The notes beneath the pieces were generated by a model. The model ran no database searches and was not told the DNA's origin. It was given only the letters and a program-made list of their open reading frames with translations. Positions 26,183 through 37,100 of a stretch of 64,000 bases of DNA are shown here, in pieces; within the stretch, counting starts at the first letter, position 1, and every line of letters begins with the position of its first letter. The position numbers and the translations under genes are program-made. The DNA is taken from IMG/VR virus record IMGVR_UViG_3300023174_000033, positions 248,001 to 312,000 of that record; one strand, written 5' to 3'.

Positions 26183-29100
26183 ATGGCAGCAATTCAGATT
26201 GGAAAATATAGAAGACCAGGTATCTTTTTCGAAGAGTTTGATTTATCGATTATTCCACCGCCACCAGCGCCAGCTCCTTTAGCTAGCTCTTTGGTTGTTG
26301 GTTTTTCGAAAAAGGGACCTATCAACACCCCTATATTGATCTCTAACGTAGATGACTTGGAGAAAATTTATGGTCCTTTGGACAGAACATTAGAAAGAAA
26401 GGGTTCTTATTTTCATAGAACTATAGCTAAAATATTAGAAACTTCTCCAGTTTTAGCAATGAACCTATTACCGACCTCAGATGTACTTGATAAAGTACAA
26501 TATAGATCGTTATCTACGGCGACAGATAAAAAGAACTCAAGTGTAATTGAAATTCCTTTCAGGTATATTCATGATACATCAAGTTTCTGGACAAGAGATA
26601 ATGAAACTTTTATTGATAATGTAAAAAATGAGGTGGACGGATCAAGCAGATTATTTCACATAACAAATATTGGGAATAGATTCACTACAGTTTTTATATT
26701 CAAATCAAAATTAACTGGTTTTGATCAATCATTAGTTGAATATTATGGAACTGCTGATAAGACCCCTCCTTATGTAAATCCTTTAGATTTTGCATCTGAT
26801 TATATGGTTGATGTTTTAGCCGTTAGTGGGGATTGGTCAAATTATGAAGAGTTAGCTGTTGATATCAGATGGAGTGCATATTTTGACACCACTGGATTGA
26901 AAAAAACTGCTATACGTGAATTTGCAGCTGATAGAAATGTTAATACATTAGCTTTTTATGAAGGATGTTCACTCATCCCATATTTCACAAATTCTGATGG
27001 TAGAAATGTTTTCATTGAGACAATTATCAATAATGATACTGATAGAACTGGCCTTTTCTGTGCTTTCAATTCGGATAAATTGGAAAATGATTATAGAAAT
27101 GATATGGTTGATATTGTTGGCAACAACTTATCAAATAATAACACATTAATTGATAAAGATATCACTGAAGTTGATTTCCTTTCATATAAAGAAAGAATTA
27201 CAGAAGTAAATCCATTCAAACTTCAAACATTGGATGATGCAAATGGAATACAATCCGTTATGGTTATTGGTTCTGCATTTGCAGGTTTTATGCCAACTGC
27301 GGTGAATTTGACTGCGGGTTCATTCAGTAGAGAGGGGGCTTGGATTGGTCTAGGATTGTTTGGAACAAAGGTTAGATCACAAGACGAGTGGTATACATAT
27401 GGTGCTACAGGAACTAACTTCTTGATGCCATCTAGAACAACCTATAACGCAAATGAATTGATAAGGGGGGTTAGGTATAATCCTACTAGTACCTTATCTA
27501 TAATTTTGTCAGGAGCATTCACTTCTTCAACCACTGTTACTTTTCAAGTTGCTTCACAGTCATCTCAATTCTATGGTACACTAACCGCGTCCGATCCTTA
27601 TTTTGTTGTGAACGGTAAAAAGACTTACATAGAGGGTCCAACCTCATCACTTGGTACTTACTTCTTTGGAGTATCATTCTCAATTTCTCATAAAGATTAT
27701 TTACCAATCAGTGCTACCGCAACTTATCACACAGCTTTTCACTTGACTCCAGGTGAAGGTGTGATTAAGAAAACACAAGGGACCGAAGTTGGTATATTAC
27801 CAATTCTTCCTGATGAGGACGTTGTTTTGGGTTTTGCAACTTACAGAATGGCCGCTCTGGGTGGTGTTCAGTCTGGATACTTTGCGAATGATACCACAAA
27901 TTACCCACCATTCTACACGTCAGTGGGTATAACTGGTAGTACGACTACATTTGCTAGAACTTCACATGAATTTCTACCAGGTATTGACTATACTGTACAA
28001 GAAGTGACGGCAACTAGTTTCAGATTGACAATGTTGAATACTGCTGTTGTTGATGTTAATGGTGGTGGTACTGATTTTGGATTCTATACAAATATGTACT
28101 ATACCCACAGGAAGATTAGATGGTTTAATAGCCTTGTTTCTTTACTTGATTCCGAGGATAGAAAAAAAATGTGTATGTTAATTGATACAAACTATACTAA
28201 ATTATCCCTTGAAAACTCAGTAGTTTCTCAAATAAATAAATCAGAATCTTCAAATAAGAGTTTTGTTTTAGACGTTGGGGTTCCTTTAACCTCTTTTGTG
28301 AAAGAAGGAAACTTAGCATTCTATCAAATTGATAATGAATTTTTCAGTGGTTCAAGAGGGTTTGTTAGCTCAACTCAATCATCTTCACGTGGATCTGCAA
28401 AAGTGGGTGTGGCTGGTAGATATTCAGATGCTGTAATTGCTATTCAACAAGGTAACGTTTCAACAGGTGATTTCTTCTATCCAAACTTCACCACAGAATT
28501 GCAATCAACGAGGGTTACATTTGCAAAGAATTCATTAGGACAAAGTGTGGTTGTGTTCACTGGCACGGCGTCAGGTGCTCTAAATAACAATAGACCTTGG
28601 CCAACTTTTGGTGGCACTGAATCAGTATTTTTCCCTGATACCAAATTGAATTTTAAATCGTTCACGTTGGTGCAGACAAGTACCTATTCGGTAGTTGATC
28701 CATTGACTGGCACCGGATTCAATATAGCAAATACTGCTTCGTCCGTTTATATCGTAGATAAGGAAGTAGTATCGGAAGATTTAGGGTTCATTAATCAAAT
28801 AAATTCCACAACTGATAAATACTATTTGAGTATTGACCAAAAATCAACAGGAGAGTACAGTGTACAATATACATTACCAAATCTAATTGATGCGGTCACT
28901 GAGGTTGGTCTTAATGCAACTGCTAGCACAACCTTCTTACCAAGACAGTTCGCTCCACAAATTATTTCAGAACTTGGTAACTTAAAACAAACAGTAGAAA
29001 TTCAAGTTCCAACTGGGTACACATCAGTTGATAACAAAATATTAGTATTCGGAACTTCCTATCCTACAATAAAGGTTGGTGATTTCTTATTAGCTAAAGT

Positions 29101-30325
29101 TGATACTGATATGTTAGCAACAAATGAAACTGGCAGAAGACTAACTAGAATTTTGAATAAAAAAGCTTGGTCAGTTGATTCAACCTATATGGAAATAACC
29201 TGTGATTCGGCTATACAGAAGTTCACAATCCAAGATGGTATTCAGACTATTGCTTACACCACTATTGATTCCTACTCCTCAACATATAAAGCTTTAACAC
29301 TTAAAGGCTTCAGAATTAGAGAAGAATCATTACCAGATGGAACGGAGGAAACTCAACAAGAAATTTTGAATATGGTTGCAAAAGGTACTCCTTTATTCAA
29401 AGCATTGACTAATAAAGATTCAATTGATTTTAGATATGTAGTTGACTCCTTTGGTCTTGGATTGATTGAGGATTCCAAACAACAACTAGTTGATATAGTT
29501 GGTGATAGATTAGATTGTTTTGGTTTCATAAACATGCCGTCTATCAGACAATTTAAAAATTCCGCTAATCCATCTTTCACAAATACTGATGGAACTATCA
29601 ACACTGGATATATCGCAGCTGGTGGAAATGAAGAAGCTAACCCTAGGTTCTTATACTCTTTCGGTAAAGGTAAAGGTGTAAGTGCGGTTGGTTATTTCTT
29701 ACCTTATATGGTTGCTAATGACAACGGCAGACCAGCAGAATTACCACCAGCTATGTTTGCAGCTAGTACTTACTTGAGAAAACTGACTGGCGCTAATCCA
29801 GCGGTATTACCTTGGACCATCGCAGCTGGTGTTACTAATGGTAGAATTCAAAATGTACAGGGTGTAGAAACAAACTTCTCATTTGAAGATATTGAAAACC
29901 TCAACATGGCTCAAATGAACCCAATCGTGTTCAAAAAGAATAGAGGATTTGTAATTGAAACTGAAAATACAGCTCAAGTAATTTACAAATCAGCTCTTTC
30001 TTACATCCACGTTAGGGAAGTGCTCATTGAACTTGAGAGAGAATTAGCTACAATGTTATTATTCTATCAATGGAAATTCAACACTCCAGAAGTTAGAGCT
30101 GAAATCAAATTAAAAGCAGATGGTATCTGTGAAAAATATTTGAACAAGAATGGTCTCTATAACTACTTCAACAAGTGTGATGAGGAAAATAACACACCAG
30201 ATCTTATTGACAGACAAATTGGTGTAATTGACACATATGTTGAACCAATCAAAGGTATGGGAGTTATCGTAAATAACATTACGATATTGAGAACTGGAGC
30301 TATTGAAGCTGGTGGATTTGCTTAA
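26183..30325 (+). CDS. Tail sheath protein (gp18-like), copy 2
   Basis: Same motifs as copy 1; near-identical termini and diverged centre. Confidence 0.92.
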   Translation: MAAIQIGKYRRPGIFFEEFDLSIIPPPPAPAPLASSLVVGFSKKGPINTPILISNVDDLEKIYGPLDRTLERKGSYFHRTIAKILETSPVLAMNLLPTSDVLDKVQYRSLSTATDKKNSSVIEIPFRYIHDTSSFWTRDNETFIDNVKNEVDGSSRLFHITNIGNRFTTVFIFKSKLTGFDQSLVEYYGTADKTPPYVNPLDFASDYMVDVLAVSGDWSNYEELAVDIRWSAYFDTTGLKKTAIREFAADRNVNTLAFYEGCSLIPYFTNSDGRNVFIETIINNDTDRTGLFCAFNSDKLENDYRNDMVDIVGNNLSNNNTLIDKDITEVDFLSYKERITEVNPFKLQTLDDANGIQSVMVIGSAFAGFMPTAVNLTAGSFSREGAWIGLGLFGTKVRSQDEWYTYGATGTNFLMPSRTTYNANELIRGVRYNPTSTLSIILSGAFTSSTTVTFQVASQSSQFYGTLTASDPYFVVNGKKTYIEGPTSSLGTYFFGVSFSISHKDYLPISATATYHTAFHLTPGEGVIKKTQGTEVGILPILPDEDVVLGFATYRMAALGGVQSGYFANDTTNYPPFYTSVGITGSTTTFARTSHEFLPGIDYTVQEVTATSFRLTMLNTAVVDVNGGGTDFGFYTNMYYTHRKIRWFNSLVSLLDSEDRKKMCMLIDTNYTKLSLENSVVSQINKSESSNKSFVLDVGVPLTSFVKEGNLAFYQIDNEFFSGSRGFVSSTQSSSRGSAKVGVAGRYSDAVIAIQQGNVSTGDFFYPNFTTELQSTRVTFAKNSLGQSVVVFTGTASGALNNNRPWPTFGGTESVFFPDTKLNFKSFTLVQTSTYSVVDPLTGTGFNIANTASSVYIVDKEVVSEDLGFINQINSTTDKYYLSIDQKSTGEYSVQYTLPNLIDAVTEVGLNATASTTFLPRQFAPQIISELGNLKQTVEIQVPTGYTSVDNKILVFGTSYPTIKVGDFLLAKVDTDMLATNETGRRLTRILNKKAWSVDSTYMEITCDSAIQKFTIQDGIQTIAYTTIDSYSSTYKALTLKGFRIREESLPDGTEETQQEILNMVAKGTPLFKALTNKDSIDFRYVVDSFGLGLIEDSKQQLVDIVGDRLDCFGFINMPSIRQFKNSANPSFTNTDGTINTGYIAAGGNEEANPRFLYSFGKGKGVSAVGYFLPYMVANDNGRPAELPPAMFAASTYLRKLTGANPAVLPWTIAAGVTNGRIQNVQGVETNFSFEDIENLNMAQMNPIVFKKNRGFVIETENTAQVIYKSALSYIHVREVLIELERELATMLLFYQWKFNTPEVRAEIKLKADGICEKYLNKNGLYNYFNKCDEENNTPDLIDRQIGVIDTYVEPIKGMGVIVNNITILRTGAIEAGGFA

Positions 30326-30347
30326 TCACATCAAAAAAAATAAAAAG

Positions 30348-30378
30348 AAAAACCCTCAAGAAATTGAGGGTTTTTTTT
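30348..30378. terminator. Bidirectional intrinsic terminator
   Basis: Same hairpin as 26049-26078, between convergent genes. Confidence 0.9.
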
Positions 30379-30637
30379 ATAGAAACATATTTAAAAGTTT
30401 ATCAAGGTTAGTTTTATTGAAATCTGATAAGGGTTCTTTACCACCCGATTTCAAATAAAGATTATAAAGATCAAGAAACTGATCTTCGTTATAAATATTT
30501 CCATCCATCCCAAGTATAACCGATGTATCATCTGTACTCAATGTAATTTGATTTTTCTGTTGTGGATAGTTTGGCCCCATATCACGACCAACTAATTCCC
30601 ACCCACTAATAGATTCTTTGAACGATTTTAGCTTCAT
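30377..30637 (-). CDS. Hypothetical protein with leader motif
   Basis: MKLKSFKES; ATGA overlap with the upstream ORF. Confidence 0.65.
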   Translation of the reverse strand: MKLKSFKESISGWELVGRDMGPNYPQQKNQITLSTDDTSVILGMDGNIYNEDQFLDLYNLYLKSGGKEPLSDFNKTNLDKLLNMFL

Positions 30638-31062
30638 TTTTCAATATTTATTTTTTCGTAAAATTCACCTTGGGTCTCTAAAGAATAATTATCTTTTTGA
30701 AAGTTATATGTTATTTTATATAAAAATTTATCAAAAATTTTACAAATCTGGTCATGTTTCAGATATAAAACACAATATTCATTTTCAAAATCATTAACAA
30801 TTGAAATAATTTGTTCATTTATGATACCATCTTTATCCTTTAGATCACAAATTACTTTCTTTTTCTTTGAAAGATAGTAAGTTATTTTATCAAATACCTG
30901 GTTTTTTGATAAGTGTGAAAAATTAGCATGATCAATTTCTGGAATCGTATCAAATTCGCAAAGAAATTTAATCTCATTTTCTGTGAGAATTTTATTCATT
31001 TTGATTTTTTCCAACACGGAATTCAATTCAAATTCTTTTATATTTTCCCTCACCCCCGTCAT
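30634..31062 (-). CDS. Hypothetical protein
   Basis: 142-aa ORF; AATATATA at 31094-31101 on the minus strand. Confidence 0.65.
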   Translation of the reverse strand: MTGVRENIKEFELNSVLEKIKMNKILTENEIKFLCEFDTIPEIDHANFSHLSKNQVFDKITYYLSKKKKVICDLKDKDGIINEQIISIVNDFENEYCVLYLKHDQICKIFDKFLYKITYNFQKDNYSLETQGEFYEKINIEK

Positions 31063-31149
31063 AATATTTTTATGAAGTGTTTAACCCTACTGGTATATAT
31101 TAAAGGATTATCACGAATTTATATATACTCTAAGGTTTGAAAAGTTCAA

Positions 31150-34100
31150 ATGGATAAGAAACTATTAGATGCTCTCAATAATTTATCAATAGGGTTAGAG
31201 ATTCTATCCCAGGCTCTTGAAGATAACGGCAAGGAAATGAAATCCGCTGTTTCTCAAGCTTTAAAATCAATTGATTTGGACAAGAAATTCAAAACTCTCA
31301 GTAAAGGTATTGAGAGTTTGGCCGATGTATCTAAAAAGATTACAGACGGACAAAATACTACCTTAAAAATCCTAGAAGAACAATCCAAAAAAATAGCTGG
31401 ATTATCCAAATCAACGACCGGTGCTAAAGCAAAGATAACGAAAGTTAATCAGGGTCCAGAATTAGCACCTCTACCTGAACAAGAAATACCTCTTAAATAT
31501 GGTGAAGTTCCAACTTTACCAGAATTGGGGAAAATTGAAGAACAGATTATTCCCATAAAGTATGGTGAGTTGCCAACTCTTCCGGAATTAGGTAAAATCA
31601 AAGAACAAATCATTCCCCTAAAATATGGAAAGGCCCCTATATTTGTAAATTTATCAAAGATTAAAGAAACTTTAATTCCTTTAAAATATGGTAAAGTCCC
31701 TATTTTTATAAATTTAGAAAAAATAAAGGAAGCGATAATTCCTTTGAAATATGGATCCGTTCCAACTTTGCCAAAAATGGCCAAAATTGAGGAACAAATC
31801 ATACCACTTAAATATGGTGATATTCCTACTTTACCAGAGATGGCAAAGGTTGAAGAACAAATCATACCATTAGTATATGGAGAACTTCCCACTTTACCTA
31901 GTATTGCGGAACAAGTTATACAATTAAAGTATGGGGAACTCCCATCTTTACCTAGTATTGGTGAGCAAATTATACCACTTAAATATGGTGAAGTTCCTAC
32001 CTTGCCTAAAATGGGTGAAATTGAGGAACAAATTATACCACTTAAATATGGTGAGGTTCCTACATTGCGAGATTTAGCAAAAGTTGAAGATCAGATCATA
32101 CCTCTTAAATATGGCGAAGTTCCGACATTGCCTGAAATGGCAAAGATTATTGAGCAAATTATACCGTTAAAGTATGGTGAGGTTCCTACCTTACCAGAGA
32201 TGGCCAAGATTAGTGAACAAATTATACCACTCAAATATGGCGAAGTTCCTACCTTACCAGAGATGGCAAAGGTTGAAGAGCAAATCATACCGTTAAAGTA
32301 TGGTGAGGTTCCTACCTTACCAGAGATGGCCAAGATTGGAGATCAGATCATACCATTAAAGTATGGAGATGTTCCTACCTTGCCTAAAATGGGCGAAATT
32401 GAGGAACAAATTATACCTCTTAAATATGGTGAGGTTCCTACCTTGCCTAAAATGGGCGAAATTGAGGAACAAATTATACCTCTTAAATATGGTGAGGTTC
32501 CTACCTTACCAGAGATGGCCAAGATTGGAGATCAGATCATACCATTAAAGTATGGAGATGTTCCTACCTTACCAGAGATGGCCAAGATTGGTGAGCAAGT
32601 TATACCATTAAAGTATGGTGAGGCTCCTACCTTACCAGAGATGGCCAAGATTAGTGAACAAATTATACCACTCAAATATGGAGATGTTCCTACCTTACCA
32701 GAGATGGCCAAGATTGGAGATCAGATCATACCATTAAAGTATGGAGATGTTCCTACCTTACCAGAAATGGCCAAGATTAGTGAACAAATTATACCGTTAA
32801 AGTATGGTGAGTTACCAACCTTACCAGAGATGGCAAAGGTTGAAGAGCAGATCATACCTCTTAAATGTGGTGAGGCTCCTACCTTACCAGAGATGGCCAA
32901 GATTGGTGAGCAAGTTATACCATTAAAGTATGGTGAGGCTCCTACCTTACCAGAGATGGCAAAGGTTGAAGAGCAGATCATACCATTAAAGTATGGCGAT
33001 GTTCCTACCTTACCAGAAATGGTCAAGATTAGTCAACAAATTATACCACTTAAATATGGTGAGTTACCAACCTTACCAGAAATGGCCAAGATTAGTGAAC
33101 AAATTATACCGTTAAAGTATGGTGAGGTTCCGACTTTGCCTGAAATGGCAAAGGTTGAAGAGCAGATCATACCATTAAAGTATGGTGAGTTACCAACCTT
33201 ACCAGAGATGGCAAAGATTGGTGATCAAATTATACCGTTAAAGTATGGTGATGTTCCGACGTTGCCAGAATTGGGTAAAATTGATTCTCAAGAAATTCCA
33301 TTATCTTATGGGAAATTGCCTGAATTGCCTAAGGTTGGTAAGGTTGATTCAATAGAACTGCCTGTTAAATATGGTAAGATGCCAGATTTACCGAAAATGG
33401 CAAAAATGAAACCAATTGAATTACCAGTAAAATGGGGTAAAATTCCAAAATTGCCACAGCTACCAAAGATATCGGCTCAAGAAATTGCATTAAAATATGA
33501 AAAAGTAAAACCATTTACACCACCAACTCCAAAAAAGGTTATCATACCAACTGAGTATGAACAGCCTAAAAATAAAGTGACGGCACCTCCTAAACAAACT
33601 GTTAAAGGACAAGCCGAATCACCAATGGATCCAAAGAAAAATAAAGGAATTAAAGAAGGTATTGGTTTAATACTATTGATGGCAGTAGCTATTGTAGCTC
33701 TTGGATTGGCATTTAAAGTAATTGGAGGTGTGAATATAGGAACTGTATTAGCTTTATCAGTTGCTATACCAATATTAGCTTTAGCATTTGCGAAAGTATC
33801 TGAATATAAAAGTCTTACTTTAAAACGAGCACTTGAATTAACGGGTGTCATGGTCGCAATTGCAACTGCAGTATTGTTATCTTCATTTATATTGTCGGCG
33901 GTGGCTCCGGTGGGCGGTGCTCAAATTCTTACCACATTGTCAATTGCTTTGATGTTTACCGTGATAGGATTTGGATTGCAACAACTCATTAATTCAGTTC
34001 AAGGATTAGGTCCGAAAGCTATGAGGAATGTATTCTTGCTTCCAATAATAATGCCAGCATTATCATTGGCAATTTTATTATCTTCATTTATACTTTCAAT

Positions 34101-37100
34101 GGTTCAACCGGTCGGTATGGTACAATTATTCTCGGCGATAGCAATTGCTGGAGTGTTCTATGTATTATCACTTGGTATTGAAAAATTAGTTGAAGGAGTT
34201 TCTAAAATAGGAGCAGGTTCTTTAGTAGCTCTGGCTATTATGCCGTTAGTATTAGCAGCATTGTCCTTTTCTATAATGTTATCATCTTATTTCTTAAGTG
34301 CAGTTGCTCCGGTTGGTATAGTTCAATTATTTACAGCTATAGGCATAGCCGCTGTATTTACTGTACTTTCCTATGGATTAAAAAATCTAATGGAGGGTAT
34401 TTCTTCAGTGGGTATAAAATCTTTGTTATTCTTACCATTCTTACCACTAATAATGGTGACATTATCACTTGCGATTGCTATGTCTAGCTATGTGTTGGGT
34501 GCGGTAAAACCAGTTGGTATCTTACAATTATTTACCGCAATATTGATTGCTGGTGTATTCTCTGTACTCGCTTATGGGTTGAATAAAATGATTTCTGCCT
34601 TGAAGGGTGTGAATCCAGCAACGGCAGCTGTAATTGCGGTCGCATTGCCAATATTACTTGTTGCGATTTCATTTGCGATAATGGCTTCTTCTTACGCATT
34701 TGCCGCTATTAAACCTATCGGATTGACACAATTCTTAACCGCATTAGCAATATCCATAATATTCATACCAATTTCATTTGCATTACCTTACATTTCAAAG
34801 GCAATTCAAAATATTAGTATTGGTAGGATAGTTTTATTACCAGTTATAATGGTCGCAATGGCGGTAGCTATTTGGTTGTCTTCGGAAATATTTGCAAAAG
34901 TAACACCTATTCCATTAGCAACATTATTTAATGTTGTAATGATCGCGATTACAATGGCGCTCGTCACACTAATACTTGGTTTTACTGCGAAATTAATTAA
35001 TAGTATTTCAATAAAGACTTTCCTGAAAGGAGCTCTCGCTATGGTTATAATCGCAACCACTATAATGACAACCTCTTTAATTCTCGCAAAGGGAGAATAC
35101 ACGAAGTATCCTTCAATTGGTTGGTTAATTGGTTCACTCTTAGGAGTTGCTGGATTCGGTATTGTGATGTTCCTACTTGACAAAGTTGGATTAAATCCAG
35201 CAAAAGTTATAACCGGAGCTATAGCGATAGTAGCAATAGCAGGTGCTATATATGTATCTTCACTTATTTTATCAAAAGGTAATTATACGAAGTATCCTAC
35301 AATTGATTGGGCAATAGGAGTTGCCGCTTCTATGATTCCGTTTGGAATAGCCTCTGTAATATTGGGAGCGATTGCGACATCAGGAGTTGGGGCATTAGCA
35401 ATTGCCGCTGGACTTGTTGCTATAATAGCTATAGCCGGAACTATCATAGCAGTTGATAAAATACTTTCAATTGGTTCGTATGGTAAATACCCAACTTTAC
35501 CTTGGGTGAAAGGAGTTGGCGCGAGTCTATTAGCATTTGGAGTTGCCACAGTTGGACTTGGTACTTTCATAGTTGGTACAATAGGAATAGGAGCTTTGGC
35601 ATTGGCTGCTGGTAAGGACGCTGTATTGGGTATTGCACAAAATATAGTAGATGCGGCAGAAATTCTATCAAAAGGTAATTTCACTGGTGGTCCAAAGAAA
35701 GAATGGGCCGAAGGTGTGGCTATTGCCCTTGGTGCATTTTCCCCAATATACTCTATGTTAGCTAAAGGTGGAATAATGAAACTTTTCACTGGTGGTCCAA
35801 GTCCTCAAGAATTTGGACAAGCAATAGTTGCAATCTGTGATAGTATTAATATAGCTGCAGAAAGATTATCCAAAGGTAAATTTATAGGGGGTCCTACAAA
35901 AGCTTGGTCGGAAGGAGTAGGACTGGGAATTGGGGCATTTGCTTCTGTTTACAAAATGTTACTCGCTAACTCCATAATGAAGATGTTTGGAGGTGGTGGT
36001 ATTGGGCCAAAAGATTTTGCAAGTGCTATTCAAGCTATATCTGCTGGATTGCTCGTTGCTGGTGAGTCCTTGTCAAAGGGCACCTTCACCGGTGGACCTA
36101 CGAAAGAATGGTCAGAAGGAGTGGCCGCTGGTATTGGTGGGTTTAGTCAAGTTTATAATATGCTTATGGCAAATGCCATAATGAAGATGTTTGGAGGTGG
36201 TGGTATTGGACCTAAAGATTTTGGAAAAGCAATTCAAGCCATATCACAAGGACTTCTAATTTCTTCGGAAATTCTAGCAAAAGGTACCTTTACGGGTGGA
36301 CCTACTAAAAAATGGTCAGAGGGGGTAGCAGCTGGCATTGGCGGGTTCAGTCAAGTATATAGCATGTTGATGTCAAATGCCATAATGAAGATGTTCGGAG
36401 GTGGTGGAATTGGACCTAAAGATTTCTCAAAAGCAGTTGAGGCAATTTCCAAAGGATTGATGGTCGCATCATTAAATTTGGCTAAAGGTAATTTCACAGG
36501 TGGTCCATCAAAAAATTGGGCAGAAGGTGTGTCCGCTAGTATTGGGGCATTCAGCAAAGTTTATAATATGTTAATTTCTAGCTCCATAATGAAAATGTTT
36601 GGAGGTGGTGGTATTAGTCCACAAGATTTTGGTAAAGCTATTGAATCAATAAGTAAGGGACTCACTAAGGCTGGTGATATTTTAAGTAAAGGTAAATTTA
36701 CTGGTGGCCCATCTGTTAGTTGGGCACTTGGTGTGAGAGAAGGTATCGGAGCATTCAGTAGCGTCTATGCTATGTTGATTAGTAGTGGTATCCCTAAAAT
36801 GTTTGGAGGTGGGTTTGGACCAAAAGATTTCGCGACGGCTATAGAAACTATGTCCGAGGCACTTAAGAAAAGTGGTAATATACTTTCAAAAGGTAAGTTT
36901 TCTGGTGGTCCAACATTAGCTTGGGCCATGGGTGTTTCCCAAGCTATCGGTGGATTCAGCAAAGTCTATGATATGATGGTGATGAATAAGGTAGCATCTA
37001 TGTTCGGAGGTGGTGGACTAGGACCTATTGAATTTGCTAAAGCGGTTGAATCTGTTTCTAAATCTTTGAATTTAGCTGGTGAACTATTAAGTGGTGGTAA

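Noticed and set aside
31470-33510. 63-nt repeat array as a CRISPR array
   Set aside because: Units are contiguous and in frame within an ORF, with no unique spacers and no cas genes.
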